From Macrostomum lignano (Eukaryota): 64,000 nucleotides of DNA. Position numbers and translations under genes: made by a program. The notes below the pieces were generated by a model. That model saw only the letters and a list, made by a program, of their open reading frames with translations. It was not told the DNA's origin and did no database searches. How positions within the stretch are numbered: position 1 is the first letter of the stretch; every line of letters starts with the position of its first letter. Where the stretch lies: positions 1-64,000 of the forward strand of contig NIVC01001756.1 of NCBI GenBank assembly GCA_002269645.1, written 5' to 3'. Below, piece after piece: positions 12,601-22,443 of the stretch.

Positions 12601-15600
12601 ACCCTCAGCTAGTCTCCTGAGCATTCATTCCTTCATCATCCCGACACCGTCGGCACCTTCAACAGGTGGCATCAGGTGACTATGGACGTCCTGTTGCAAA
12701 TATGTCAGGTCTTTCTTATCAAGCTTCAATAATGGGCAAACCTCAACCGACGGACATTGTCAGCTAGTCTCTCAAGCATTCCGTCATCATCCCGACGCCG
12801 TCGGCTCCTTCAACAGGTGGCATCAGGTGACTATGGACGTCCTGTTGCAAATATGTCAGGTCTTTCTTATCAAGCTTCAATAATGGGCAAACCTCAACCG
12901 ACGGACATTGTCAGCTAGTCTCTCAAGCCTTCCGTCATCATCCCGACGCCGTCGACTCCTTCAACAGATTACACCAGGTGACTATGGACAGCCTGTTGCA
13001 AATATGTCAGGTTTTTCTTATCAAGCTTCAATAATGAGCAAATCTCAACTACTGGACATCCTCAGCTAGTCAGTCAAGCATTCAGCCATCATCCCGACGC
13101 CGTCGGCTCCTTCAACAGATTACACCAGGTGACTATGGACAGCCTGATAAGAATTTCTCTAGTTTCGCCGATCAAGCCTCGATAGTGGGCAAAAATCAAC
13201 TGCTGGACATCCTCAGCTAGTCAGTCAAGCATTCAGCCATCAACCGGACGCCGTCGGCTCCTTCAACAGATTACACCAGGTGACTATGGACATCCTGTTG
13301 CAAATATGTCAGGTTTTTCTTATCAAGCTTCAATAATGAGCAAACCTCAACTGCTGGACATCCTCAGCTAGTCAGTCAAGCATTCAGCCATCACCCCGAC
13401 GCCGTCGGCACCTTCAACAGGTGGCACCAGGGGAGTAAGGACACGTGAGCGTGATTTTTCATCATGCTCTTAACATTTCTGAAGCTCTCAAAATTTTTAA
13501 AGCACGGACATTGCTATAGTTAAGCTTGAACTCATGTTGCTGTATATTTATATTATTATTACACATACTTTTATGCATACGAGCTACATACATATTTTAT
13601 TCGAAAAGCTGTTTAGTTTATTCAACTATAATATTGAACCCAATTTTTATGCAGAAAGGGTTATGCTTTTAAGAAGCCAGTAAATTCAATCCGTTTTTTC
13701 ATTTTTTAATGATTCAGAAATGTTAATAGCATGATGAAAAATCACGCTCAGGTGTCCTTACTCCCCTGGTGCCACCTGTTGAAGGTGCCGACGGCGTCGG
13801 GATGATGGCTGAATGCTTGACTGACTAGCTGAGGATGTCCAGTAGTTGAGGTTTGCTCATTATTGAAGCTTGATAAGAAAAACCTGACATATTTGCAACA
13901 GGCTGTCCATAGTCACCTGGTGTAATCTGTTGAAGGAGTCGACGGCGTCGGGATGATGACGGAAGGCTTGAGAGACTAGCTGACAATGTCCGTCGGTTGA
14001 GGTTTGCCCATTATTGAAGCTTGATAAGAAAGACCTGACATATTTGCAACAGGACGTCCATAGTCACCTGATGCCACCTGTTGAAGGAGCCGACGGCGTC
14101 GGGATGATGACGGAATGCTTGAGAGACTAGCTGACAATGTCCGTCGGTTGAGGTTTGCCCATTATTGAAGCTTGATAAGAAAGACCTGACATATTTGCAA
14201 CAGGACGTCCATAGTCACCTGATGCCACCTGTTGAAGGTGCCGACGGTGTCGGGATGATGAAGGAATGAATGCTCAGGAGACTAGCTGAGGGTGTCTGGC
14301 AGTTGAGGCTTGCCTACTGTCGAGGCTTGATCGGCGAAACTAGAGAAATTCGTATCAAGGTGTTCATAGTCACCTGGTGCCACCTGTTGAAGGTCTAGAA
14401 GCTCCGTCTTGGTGAAGGCCAGTAACCAACGAAGTCAGAGCTGATGCAGACACATTTGGTCGACGTGCTGATGAAATTTGGAGACTTGGCAAGGCTGCAC
14501 TGAGGCGCAGTGCTATTTGGCGCACAGGGGTATACTGAATACACTAGCGCTTATGGGAAAAATCCGACCTTCTGGCAGAATCGTCGAATATCTCGACGGT
14601 CCGGAGGGTTGGCGACTTGATTCTTGTTTGAGAGGGTGCGCGGCAGGGGGTTGGCCCGTGTTCTTGGATTTCGTGTGCCTGCGTTGCTCCGTTCCGGCGC
14701 AGCAAAAAAAATTGTCAGGGGGGGGGGAAATTTTTCCCCCCCTCTTGGTAGTTCTACTGTTAATAAACTGCGCATGAATGTCACTGAAATGCAATATACA
14801 CATGTACCCCAACTTACATAGTGCTTTTCGCCGATATATCTTGAAGACTGAAATGAAAAAATGAGTCAATGCATAGATATATACAAACATAGAAGTTGCG
14901 AGAGATCTGTAGAACAACAAAAAATGCTTAGTGTTTGGTTAACGCTAGGAACCTGGTCTTGGTTTGGCGCCAAAATCTGGATTTGGACAGAATCTGGCGC
15001 AAAAATCCACTAATAATACAAAAAATGGTTTGTCTGTCTCTATCTAAGTCTATCTATCTATGTTATTCTAGTCTTCAATTAGCGCCAGAAGCTGCATTTA
15101 AATTGGCGCCAGAATCTGGTATCAAATTGGCGCCAGAATCTGGTTTCAAATTGGCGCCAGAATCTGGTATCAAATTAGCGCTAGAATCTGGTTTTGAATT
15201 GGCGCCAGAACCTAGTGTTTGAATTGGCGCCAGAACCTAGTGTTCGAATTGGCCACCCAAAAATCAGCTCAGTTTGGTGCGTAGAGAGTTTGGTTTTAAA
15301 TGGCTTCATCTGCACATGCAACATCATGCAAGCGTATTGTAACAAGAAAGGGGTTGTAGCCTAGTGGTTGGAGCGTCTGACTCACAACTGAAATGTCGGG
15401 GGTTCGATTCCCGATCCCACTGGAACAATTTGTGTCCTTGAGCAAGACAATTAACTCTGCATTGCTTCAGTTCACCCAGCTGTAAAATGGGTGCCAGCAT
15501 TAGCTGGGGTAATTGAGGGTGTTAGGCGACTCCCCCCCCCCAGTCCTTGGACTGAACAGCCGTACGCAGCCTTCAGATGCGCCGCGCAATAGCTGCGGCT

Positions 15601-18199
15601 GACTGTCGGTTGCACATCTGGCCCAATTGGGCAGGTGTAATCAATAAAAAAATAAAAAAATTTAATAAGAAACCAATTCAGTCACCTTATGCAGCATGTA
15701 CATGTATCGGTCGTGAATGATTTTGTTAATTTTTGCACCGCCCGACAATTCCTTGGTGCTGACTTCGCCGAAGCCTTCGATTGCTTTGGTGAAATTCTCA
15801 ATGAACTGGTTGATTAAACTGCAGCGCAAAGAGTGAGGTGCTGGGTGAGAATTTATTCCTTATTAATGTATCTTTAATAATTTCTGCGGTTACTAACCCA
15901 CTGAAATTCTAAATGTTGGGGACACGGGAAAAGAGGAATAGGGTGTAGGGATTCTAAATCTGGGATATGGGAAAAGAGGAGTAGGGTGTAGAGATTCTAA
16001 ATCTGGGATATGGGAAAGAGGAGTAGGGTGTAGGGATTCTAAATCTGGGATATGGGAAAAGAGGAGTAGTGTGTATGGATTCTAAATCTGGGATATGGGA
16101 AAAGAGGAGTAGGGTGTAGGGATTCTAAATCTGGGATATGGGAAAAGAGGAGTAGGGTGTAGGGATTCTAAATCTGGGATATGGGAAAAGAGGAATAGGG
16201 TGTAGGGATTCCAAATCTGGGATATAGGAAAAGAGGAGTAGGGTGTAGGGATTCTAAATCTGGGATATGGGAAAAGAGGAGTAGGGTGTAGGGATTCTAA
16301 ATCTGGGATATGGGAAAAGAGGAGTAGGGTGTAGGGATTCTAAATCTGGGATACGGGAAAGAGGAATAGTGTGTAGGGATTTTAAATCTGGGATATGGGA
16401 AAGAGGTGAAATTTAAAAGTCTTACGTTGCCATAATTTTCGCCTTAGCGTTGGGATCGTCCGGATCAAGACCGCCAAAGGCGCGATGCTCGGCCTCCAGC
16501 TCGGTGAGGCGACTCTGCAGGGCGGCCCGCAGCGTTGGCAGGGTATCCCGGATGTGCCCGACTAGCTGCTGATTGAGGCACCTCTGCAGGTGAGCAGTGC
16601 CCATCCTCTCGGCCATGTGCCGGTAGGCCGGATGGCCGAGAAAGAATTTCCTCTCCGCCGCCATCGCCGAGCTGATGTCCTTCCGACCGTCGATGTCTTT
16701 CTGCGACCGGTTAACGACGCCGACGTAGCCTCGACGAAGAGGCAGGAACCGATTCTCTAGTACATCGCGAGCGTCTGTACCGGCGTCCATGAGGTCGAGT
16801 TTGGTGAGAACCCCGATTGTGCGAGAGCCGCTGGGATCAGCCTGGGTGGGACAGTGGGGTTGGAATTCTAAGAATATGGTGGGAATGGGATTCTAAGAAT
16901 ATGGTGGGAATGGGATTCTAAGAATACGTTGGAGAATGGGATTCTAAGAATACATTGGGAGAATGGGATCCTAAGTGTGAGGATTCGAGTCTAAAAACAT
17001 TTTGGGAGTTGAGAATGAGATTATAAGAATGAATATTGGTGGGAGGATAGCATTCTAGGAATATGATTGGAGGATATACGATTCTAAGAATGGAGCAAAT
17101 ATTACAGGTTTATTGGATTGTTTAAATTATGAAGAAAGAAAGTATAGAATGAATTCGATGGAACTAGCTGTGCATTGGGTTTCACTAGGTGCAAGAATTA
17201 GCAAATAAAATGAGTACCGTGTCAAAGGGGGAGTCATGACAGGGGAAACGTGTGTGTTTGGGATAAAGACTGATTCAAGATTTATGAAAGACAAACGATA
17301 AAACAGAGTTTGAGGAAAAAAATGCTGTAATACCGCTAGCTAAATTTAGATGAAGCACAATTAGTTTTATTTATTAAGCTTGCCTCTTTCGCCAGTTTCA
17401 ATGCGTCGCTATTCGCCAAGTCTGAATTGGCCGGCGAGACAGCCAGAATAAGGCAATTATCCTTGGAAATGAATTCCCAAATCATGGCTCGAACTTGCTG
17501 CTCAATATCCGGAGGCTGGTCGCCAACTGCCACTTTGGTCATGCCGGGCAGGTCAACCAGTGTCAGGTTGAGAACTTGAGGACTGTAAACTCGGAGAGTG
17601 ATAGGCACATTTGAGATGCCCTTGTTCTGCCCTGTGAGACGGTCTGTCTCAACTTCGATTTCGCGACGGACTTCGTCGAAGTTCACAAATTTTTTACCGC
17701 GAATGTGGCCGAACTCGGCGTATTCTGGTGATGAAGTGTTTTAAATCGTTTTAAATTGATTGCTGTATTGCAGCATAAATTATTTAAATAATCGTCGCTT
17801 ACCGGTTTGATAATTCATCAGCTGCAAAATTAAAGGTCGCCTTGTGACGATTCCAGACCCTCGCGGCAAAAAGTCTCTGTTTTTAATTTAATTAAAATAT
17901 ACAGTGTATTAATAAACAATATGTAATGAAAATACGACAAAAAATAAAATGCAGTATTCATCGTGGCTTTGTGTCAGCTGAAACTTAGGATTTACATGCA
18001 CATGAAAAATGCTTTCTGAAGAAATCGAAACATACCTGCCCACAAAGTTTTCTAGAACGCTACTTTTTCCTGCACTCTGACTGCCAACGACGGCAATCTG
18101 AGGTAGATCAATTCGAATAGACGTTCCAGATGATGCGCATGCATCCTGAAGTTGGTTAATGACAAAAATGAGATGCTCCATACCAGAATTTCCTGTCAT
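3352..18199 (-). CDS. DNM1: Classical dynamin (GTPase-middle-PH-GED-PRD), ~820 aa, 13 exons
   Basis: Exons (minus): 18199-18036, 17876-17803, 17724-17384, 16841-16426, 15818-15686, 12006-11939, 11081-10785, 9691-9643, 8279-8172, 5770-5661, 5523-5397 (or -5382 via GC donor), 4785-4630, 3771-3352. Phases join without frameshift (2463 nt). Motifs: [10 protein letters not shown]-loop, [22 protein letters not shown], middle domain [26 protein letters not shown] (VIHKGFL..WFVL..LTWY; KYMLPLEGL; [13 protein letters not shown]), GED ([19 protein letters not shown]), Pro-rich tail with PSRP. Intron 3 is GC-AG. Symbol denotes the classical dynamin family; paralog assignment not possible. Confidence 0.96.
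3857..4500. repeat. 16-bp minisatellite (CCTCAACCACCTCACT)n filling dynamin intron 12
   Basis: Tandem 16-mer visible; source of ORFs 3678..4382 and 3779..4543. Confidence 0.95.
4905..5362. repeat. 16-bp minisatellite (GAGGAGTGAGGTGGGT)n filling dynamin intron 11; reverse complement of the intron-12 array
   Basis: Unit is the reverse complement of the ACCCACCTCACTCCTC unit family at 3857-4500. Confidence 0.95.
6009..6325. repeat. (CTCTC/TCCTC)n pyrimidine tract in dynamin intron 9
   Basis: Low-complexity C/T run. Confidence 0.9.
6880..8137. repeat. (GAGGA)n purine array in dynamin intron 9
   Basis: About 1.25 kb of gagaggagaggagagga; explains ORF 6823..8190. Confidence 0.95.
8410..9300. repeat. 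~19-bp minisatellite (GATACCTGTTAGACAGAGG-like) with higher-order blocks, dynamin intron 8
   Basis: Monomer gatacctgttag+variable 7 nt; the same order of variants recurs in successive blocks. Confidence 0.93.
9748..10760. repeat. 11/22-bp minisatellite (GTAGATTACAG GTAGATTGTCA)n, dynamin intron 7
   Basis: Tandem gtagattacag/gtagattgtaa units. Confidence 0.95.
11084..11600. repeat. ~20-bp G-rich minisatellite (GGGTTAGGGTTTGGGGTGGT)n containing TTAGGG, dynamin intron 6
   Basis: Most units carry one TTAGGG; array runs up to the exon-7 acceptor. Confidence 0.93.
12142..14754. mobile_element. Foldback-type element: ~1.34-kb and ~1.04-kb inverted arms with internal 151-bp tandem repeats, 229-bp spacer, no transposase
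   Basis: Left arm 12142-13483 is the reverse complement of right arm 13713-14754. The 151-bp units (ccttcaacag...) number 6 on the left and 4 on the right. Spacer 13484-13712 is AT-rich and non-coding. No TSD identified. Confidence 0.85.
15072..15253. repeat. 24-bp minisatellite (AAATTGGCGCCAGAATCTGGTATC)n
   Basis: About 7 units; degenerate copies also at 14950-15005. Confidence 0.85.
15350..15660 (+). mobile_element. tRNA-derived SINE with CORE-like central domain, full length
   Basis: A box TAGCCTAGTGG, B box GGTTCGATTCC; central gtgtccttgagcaagacaattaactc...ctgtaaaatggg resembles the MIR/CORE domain; A-rich tail; two further copies in the window. Confidence 0.88.
15905..16405. repeat. 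~43-bp minisatellite (GGGTGTAGGGATTCTAAATCTGGGATATGGGAAAAGAGGAGTA)n, dynamin intron 4
   Basis: About 11 tandem units. Confidence 0.93.
16855..17095. repeat. ~25-bp degenerate minisatellite (GGGATTCTAAGAATATGGTGGGAAT)n, dynamin intron 3
   Basis: Shares the GGGATTCTA core with the intron-4 array. Confidence 0.8.
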
Positions 18200-18800
18200 T
18201 ATTTCCTAAATCAATGGAGCTTTCTTTTTGCGCATAGAGACAACATCGCATGATCCATGTCAAGAGCACGAAACTTAAAATTGTAAATTTTGCTTTATTG
18301 CTTTTTAAAGCTATAACAAAACGAAACGATTAGCTTTATAAAGTTCGAATTAGAATAGTGGAAAAATTATTTAAACACTTTTAAAGCAAGATTTTTTTGC
18401 AAGACGAGCAAAAATACTTACATTTAACTTTTTTAATGCAAACTTTCAAAGAAAAGAGCCTTGTACAACTGTTACCCAAGGACGACTTAAGAAGAGTCGT
18501 ACTCCGCTCAACATATGCGGGTGCTCCGTTAGGGTAACAGCAAGGACGACTTGAGCGGAGTGGAGTCTGATCATTCAGATCAACTCAAGGTATAAATAGA
18601 TCGACAAAAAATATGCAATCTCACCTTTTTATATATCTCTTACGATTTATAATCAAAATAATGACGCAACACGTGTAGGTAGGCCTAGGTCTAAGACTTC
18701 GCTTTCGACTCTCAAATAAAGCCTTGACGGCCCTCCTTGGCACATACACATAGTCTTCTTTACTCTTACAAATTAAGCTGAATGCACTATACGCTTGTAT
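18200..18800. promoter_or_regulatory. Probable divergent promoter region (dynamin / MFS), CpG-retaining
   Basis: Immediately upstream of the dynamin ATG; retains CpG whereas 18.8-22.3 kb does not. Position-based inference; no TSS data. Confidence 0.4.
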
Positions 18801-19689
18801 TGTAGGGTTTTATGAGGTTATATTGGCATGTATAATCTTTTAATAAATTTAAATGAAAGCACATCATATATGTGGCATTATGTGCCAATGAAGGTGATGA
18901 TGATGTGACATGTGCTTTCATTTAAATTAAATAATATGACTATCAATCTATACCCCTGTCCCCCATTGGGTAGCAAACAGATAATTTATTATACTTGTTA
19001 TGCTTAAAAAGCTAGTGACCAGGCTTAATGTATTTTGCCTTTTGGTGCAATTTTCACTCTTATTTAAGCCTTCTTGAAGTTCTTCTCTTTTAAGCAAGGC
19101 CAAGGGTCTAAGTTACAACTAGAACTAGCACTTTGTCAATTAGCATTTTATCAACTAGTAGCCTAGATATTATATTATATGGCTTCTTGGCAAATTGATT
19201 AATTGATATACTAAGAAGCTAGAAAAATGATAATCTAATATAAAGTTTATTAAAATATATATAGTAATTAGGGCCTAACCAACTATAGTAGGCTCTATTT
19301 ATACTATATGATGAGTGAAGTTATATCATATGTATAATAGTATAGCACAAGTTACTAATTTAAAGTTAGGAGTCTAATAAGATTTCATTTTAAAAGTTCT
19401 AGACCAATTTTTTCTATTTTATTTGATAACTCCTTTTTGCCAAAGTAAAAACCTCTTTCTTATAAAAATAAATAAAAACAAATAAAATATTACAAAATGT
19501 TTTGTACTTTACATTTTATACATCTTTGTTATACAATATACATTTTGTGGCTTTTATCTATTAATCCAAAACAATTGGCTCAATTTGTGATGTTACCTCT
19601 GTTGCAATCTAGAGACTTTAGACTTAGATTATAGATTTTTATCTCAAAGGCCCAAAAGAGAATCTAGCTCATGTCATGGCTATAGGCTA

Positions 19690-20035
19690 AAAAGAAAAGA
19701 AATAAAAAAGAATAGAATAGAAAAAAAAGAAAGAGAGAGAGAGTGAGAAAGGTGAGAGGTAAGAGATTAGAAAGAAAAGGAGATGAAAAAAGAAAATAGT
19801 AGCAAAGAAAGATGAGAGAGGAGAAAAAATATAAAAGAGGAGAACAAAGAAAAAAGAAAGCAGACTGAGAAGATAGAAAATAGAAGACAAAAAAGATAAA
19901 ATAAGAGAAAAGAAAAAAAGATAAGAGTAAAGAGAGGAGTGAGAGTAAAGATTAGAGAAAAAATAAGAAAGAATAGAAAGAGTTAGAGACAAAAAGAAAA
20001 AAAAGAAAAAAGTTTTTTTTCAAGGACAGAGAGAA
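19690..20035. repeat. Polypurine (A/G-rich) low-complexity tract
   Basis: Explains ORF 19687..19992. Confidence 0.85.
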
Positions 20036-21340
20036 AGTCAAAGGCAGAGTTTGCCTATGTATTCTTTTAACATGTTGCCTTGTCATTCCATGTGGCACCC
20101 TAGCTGATAAGATCAATGCTTGCCTCAAATGTTTGCATATGGCCATTAGTTGAAAAGCTACACTTGTAAACAAACATGAAGGTTGTATTTTATATGAATA
20201 AAATGACTTATCCATTTCTTACCAATCTCTTGCAAATTGGTAACAACCAACTGAAGATCAGTCCTAAAGATAGGCTTTCATTAATTGCTGCATTCTGTAC
20301 AATTGTAACTTCTATACTGGAGCTCAAGGCTTAGTTTATCTAAATGTGTCACAGAGATTTTCTGACATTAATAGGCTATTAGAAATTTAGAAAAGAGCCA
20401 TTTTGTGTCCTAGGAATGATGAGAATGACTTTAAATTTAAGAATGTAATGCAAAAATAGTTTTAAGGCTTGAAATTCAGCAGATTGAAAATCTGTAGGTT
20501 TCAACAGCTTGTTTATTGATAAAAATCAATCCATTATAGCCAGAAAAGCCGAAACCTTTGCAACAATGCCTATAAGTCAGTCTTAGGCTTAAAATGTATG
20601 GGGAAGCTATAGAAAATTGATAATTGCTTATTTAGCTAATTATAGATAGCATTTAGTGGCTTCAAAGGGCAAGATAATGAGGTGAGATTTGGAGTTTAAG
20701 TCTAAAATTTATCTAGAACATCTCTTATTTGAAGACTCTGCTTCTGAGCTAATTAGATCCTGAGATTAAAACTACTTGAAGTAATTTAATAGGGTTGCTG
20801 ACACTTTCTTTCTATTCTAGCAAATTTCCCTAGCTTCTAATTAAAAAAAGATTCTGTATCTCACCTAAAATAATAGGGCTCTCTGCAGCTTCTTTTTAGC
20901 AATCTGTCTCTAACTAATTTGTGTCTTCCAATTCTCACTGAGCTTTAATCTCTGTTCAGGCTTAGGTGAGATAGAGAACTTATCTAAGTTCTCACAATAG
21001 AGATTTTTCTGCTTTCAAGCTACCTTGGTCTTAAAGACATTGTATTTTTATATCTATGTAATATTGGGCATTATCCAAGCCCTTTCATTAGTTGAAACTG
21101 TTGCAATAGAATCTCTATGGGTGTGCTATGCATGTTGGTAAGTTAGCTAAAAAACTAGTGGCAAACTAGTTGCTATATATAGTGACTAGTAACTCAGTAT
21201 AAGAGCTTGGCTTGACTTAAGCTTCTAAGCAACTGCCATCCTCAGTTGGCAGTATCTTCAATATAGTCAAACCCTATGAACATCATATGGTATGTATAGC
21301 CACAGTAGGCTTAGATTATTACCATAGCTAACATGCTTTG

Positions 21341-21496
21341 GTGCAACCTAGGGATTCACCCGGCCATTTCTATTGGCAACACACACATGTAAGTTGCTAT
21401 TGGATAGAATAGTAGTCATGTGACTACTCTTAGCCAATAGTGACTTACATGTGTATGTTGCCAATAGAAATGGCCAAGTGATTCCCAAGGTTGTGC
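21341..21496. mobile_element. ~156-bp palindromic MITE-like hairpin element, decayed
   Basis: Arms of ~77 bp around the centre agtagtca-tg-tgactact; most mismatches are transitions. Confidence 0.7.
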
Positions 21497-21593
21497 ATGT
21501 ATGCCAGCTAAGTCTTACTAATATAATTTACTATAAACAGCTTGCCTTCTATAGCTATACTAAGTTGTATATCTTCAAGTTAAGTTTATAACA

Positions 21594-21897
21594 GGGGGTT
21601 GTAGCCTAGTGGTTAGAGCATTAGACTCACAACTAAAAGGTCAAGGGTCCCACTAGGAACAATTTGTGTCCTTGAGCAAGACAATTAACTCTGCATTGCT
21701 TCAGTTTACCCAGCTATAAAATGGGTGCCAGCATTAGCTGGGGTAATTGAGGCTGTGTGTGTGGTGACCCCCCAGTCCTTGGACTAAACAGCCATATGCA
21801 GCCTTCAGATGTGTCACGTCGCGCAAATAGCTGCAGCTGAGCTGTTGGTTGCAATCTGCCCATTAGGGCAGGTGTGATCAATTATTATTATTATTAA

Positions 21898-21929
<32 letters not shown>
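21594..21929 (+). mobile_element. SINE copy 2 (hypermutated), (ATT)n tail
   Basis: Aligns by eye to 15350-15660; B-box region deleted; most CpGs lost. Confidence 0.88.
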
Positions 21930-21930
<1 letters not shown>

Positions 21931-22443
21931 GTTTTCTAACTTCAATTATATAGGAACTAGATTTTCTATAACCATATCCACTCTATTTTTGTCTTTAGTT
22001 AGGTTTTTTAATATAGAGCCACCATCATCAAATATATTGAGTAGGCATTAATAAAATAATAATTAGTTCTGTCAATTGTTATTTTGGAATAGTTTCTAAT
22101 AGTCAAAGATGATCTTTGCTATAAGTGTTCAGTTTTAACTGCACACTTTGAAGTCTGTATGCTGTTGGTATATATATATATATATATTAGCTTTAGCTGC
22201 TTTACTGATTTCCATATGCTTAAGCATAGCCTTAGGGCTGTCTCTGTATTTATCAATGCAAAATCTCAGATTTCAATCAATGGACTGCTTTTTAACTCTA
22301 GTTAAATGCTTTTTTGCAGTCCCACAAATGACCAGGCCAATTGGCGGCAAGCATTAAGTTTTGGCATCTAAGAAATTTGTTTGTGCGATTAAAGCAAAAC
22401 TATAACTACCCTGTGTATTTGGCTAAAACAGAAAAACAGAATT

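Noticed and set aside
12500-14390. CRISPR-like array or coding repeat (151-bp units)
   Set aside because: Units are contiguous without unique spacers, 151 is not a multiple of 3 and frames contain stops; eukaryotic context with no cas genes.
15350-15425. tRNA gene
   Set aside because: A and B boxes are present, but no acceptor-stem closure is evident and the head continues into a CORE-like body and tail found in three copies, so it is a SINE.
18469-18586. Canonical HDV-like or hammerhead ribozyme
   Set aside because: Helix order is similar, but there is no P3/L3 UCC motif, no P1.1 GG, no J4/2 C-N-A-A and no CUGAUGA/GAAA core; kept only as an unexplained structure.
20414-20691. Decayed exon on the plus strand (cctag acceptor, AG|GTGAGA donor)
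   Set aside because: Two different frames look equally protein-like after reverting stops, and stop density matches random AT-rich DNA; not supportable.
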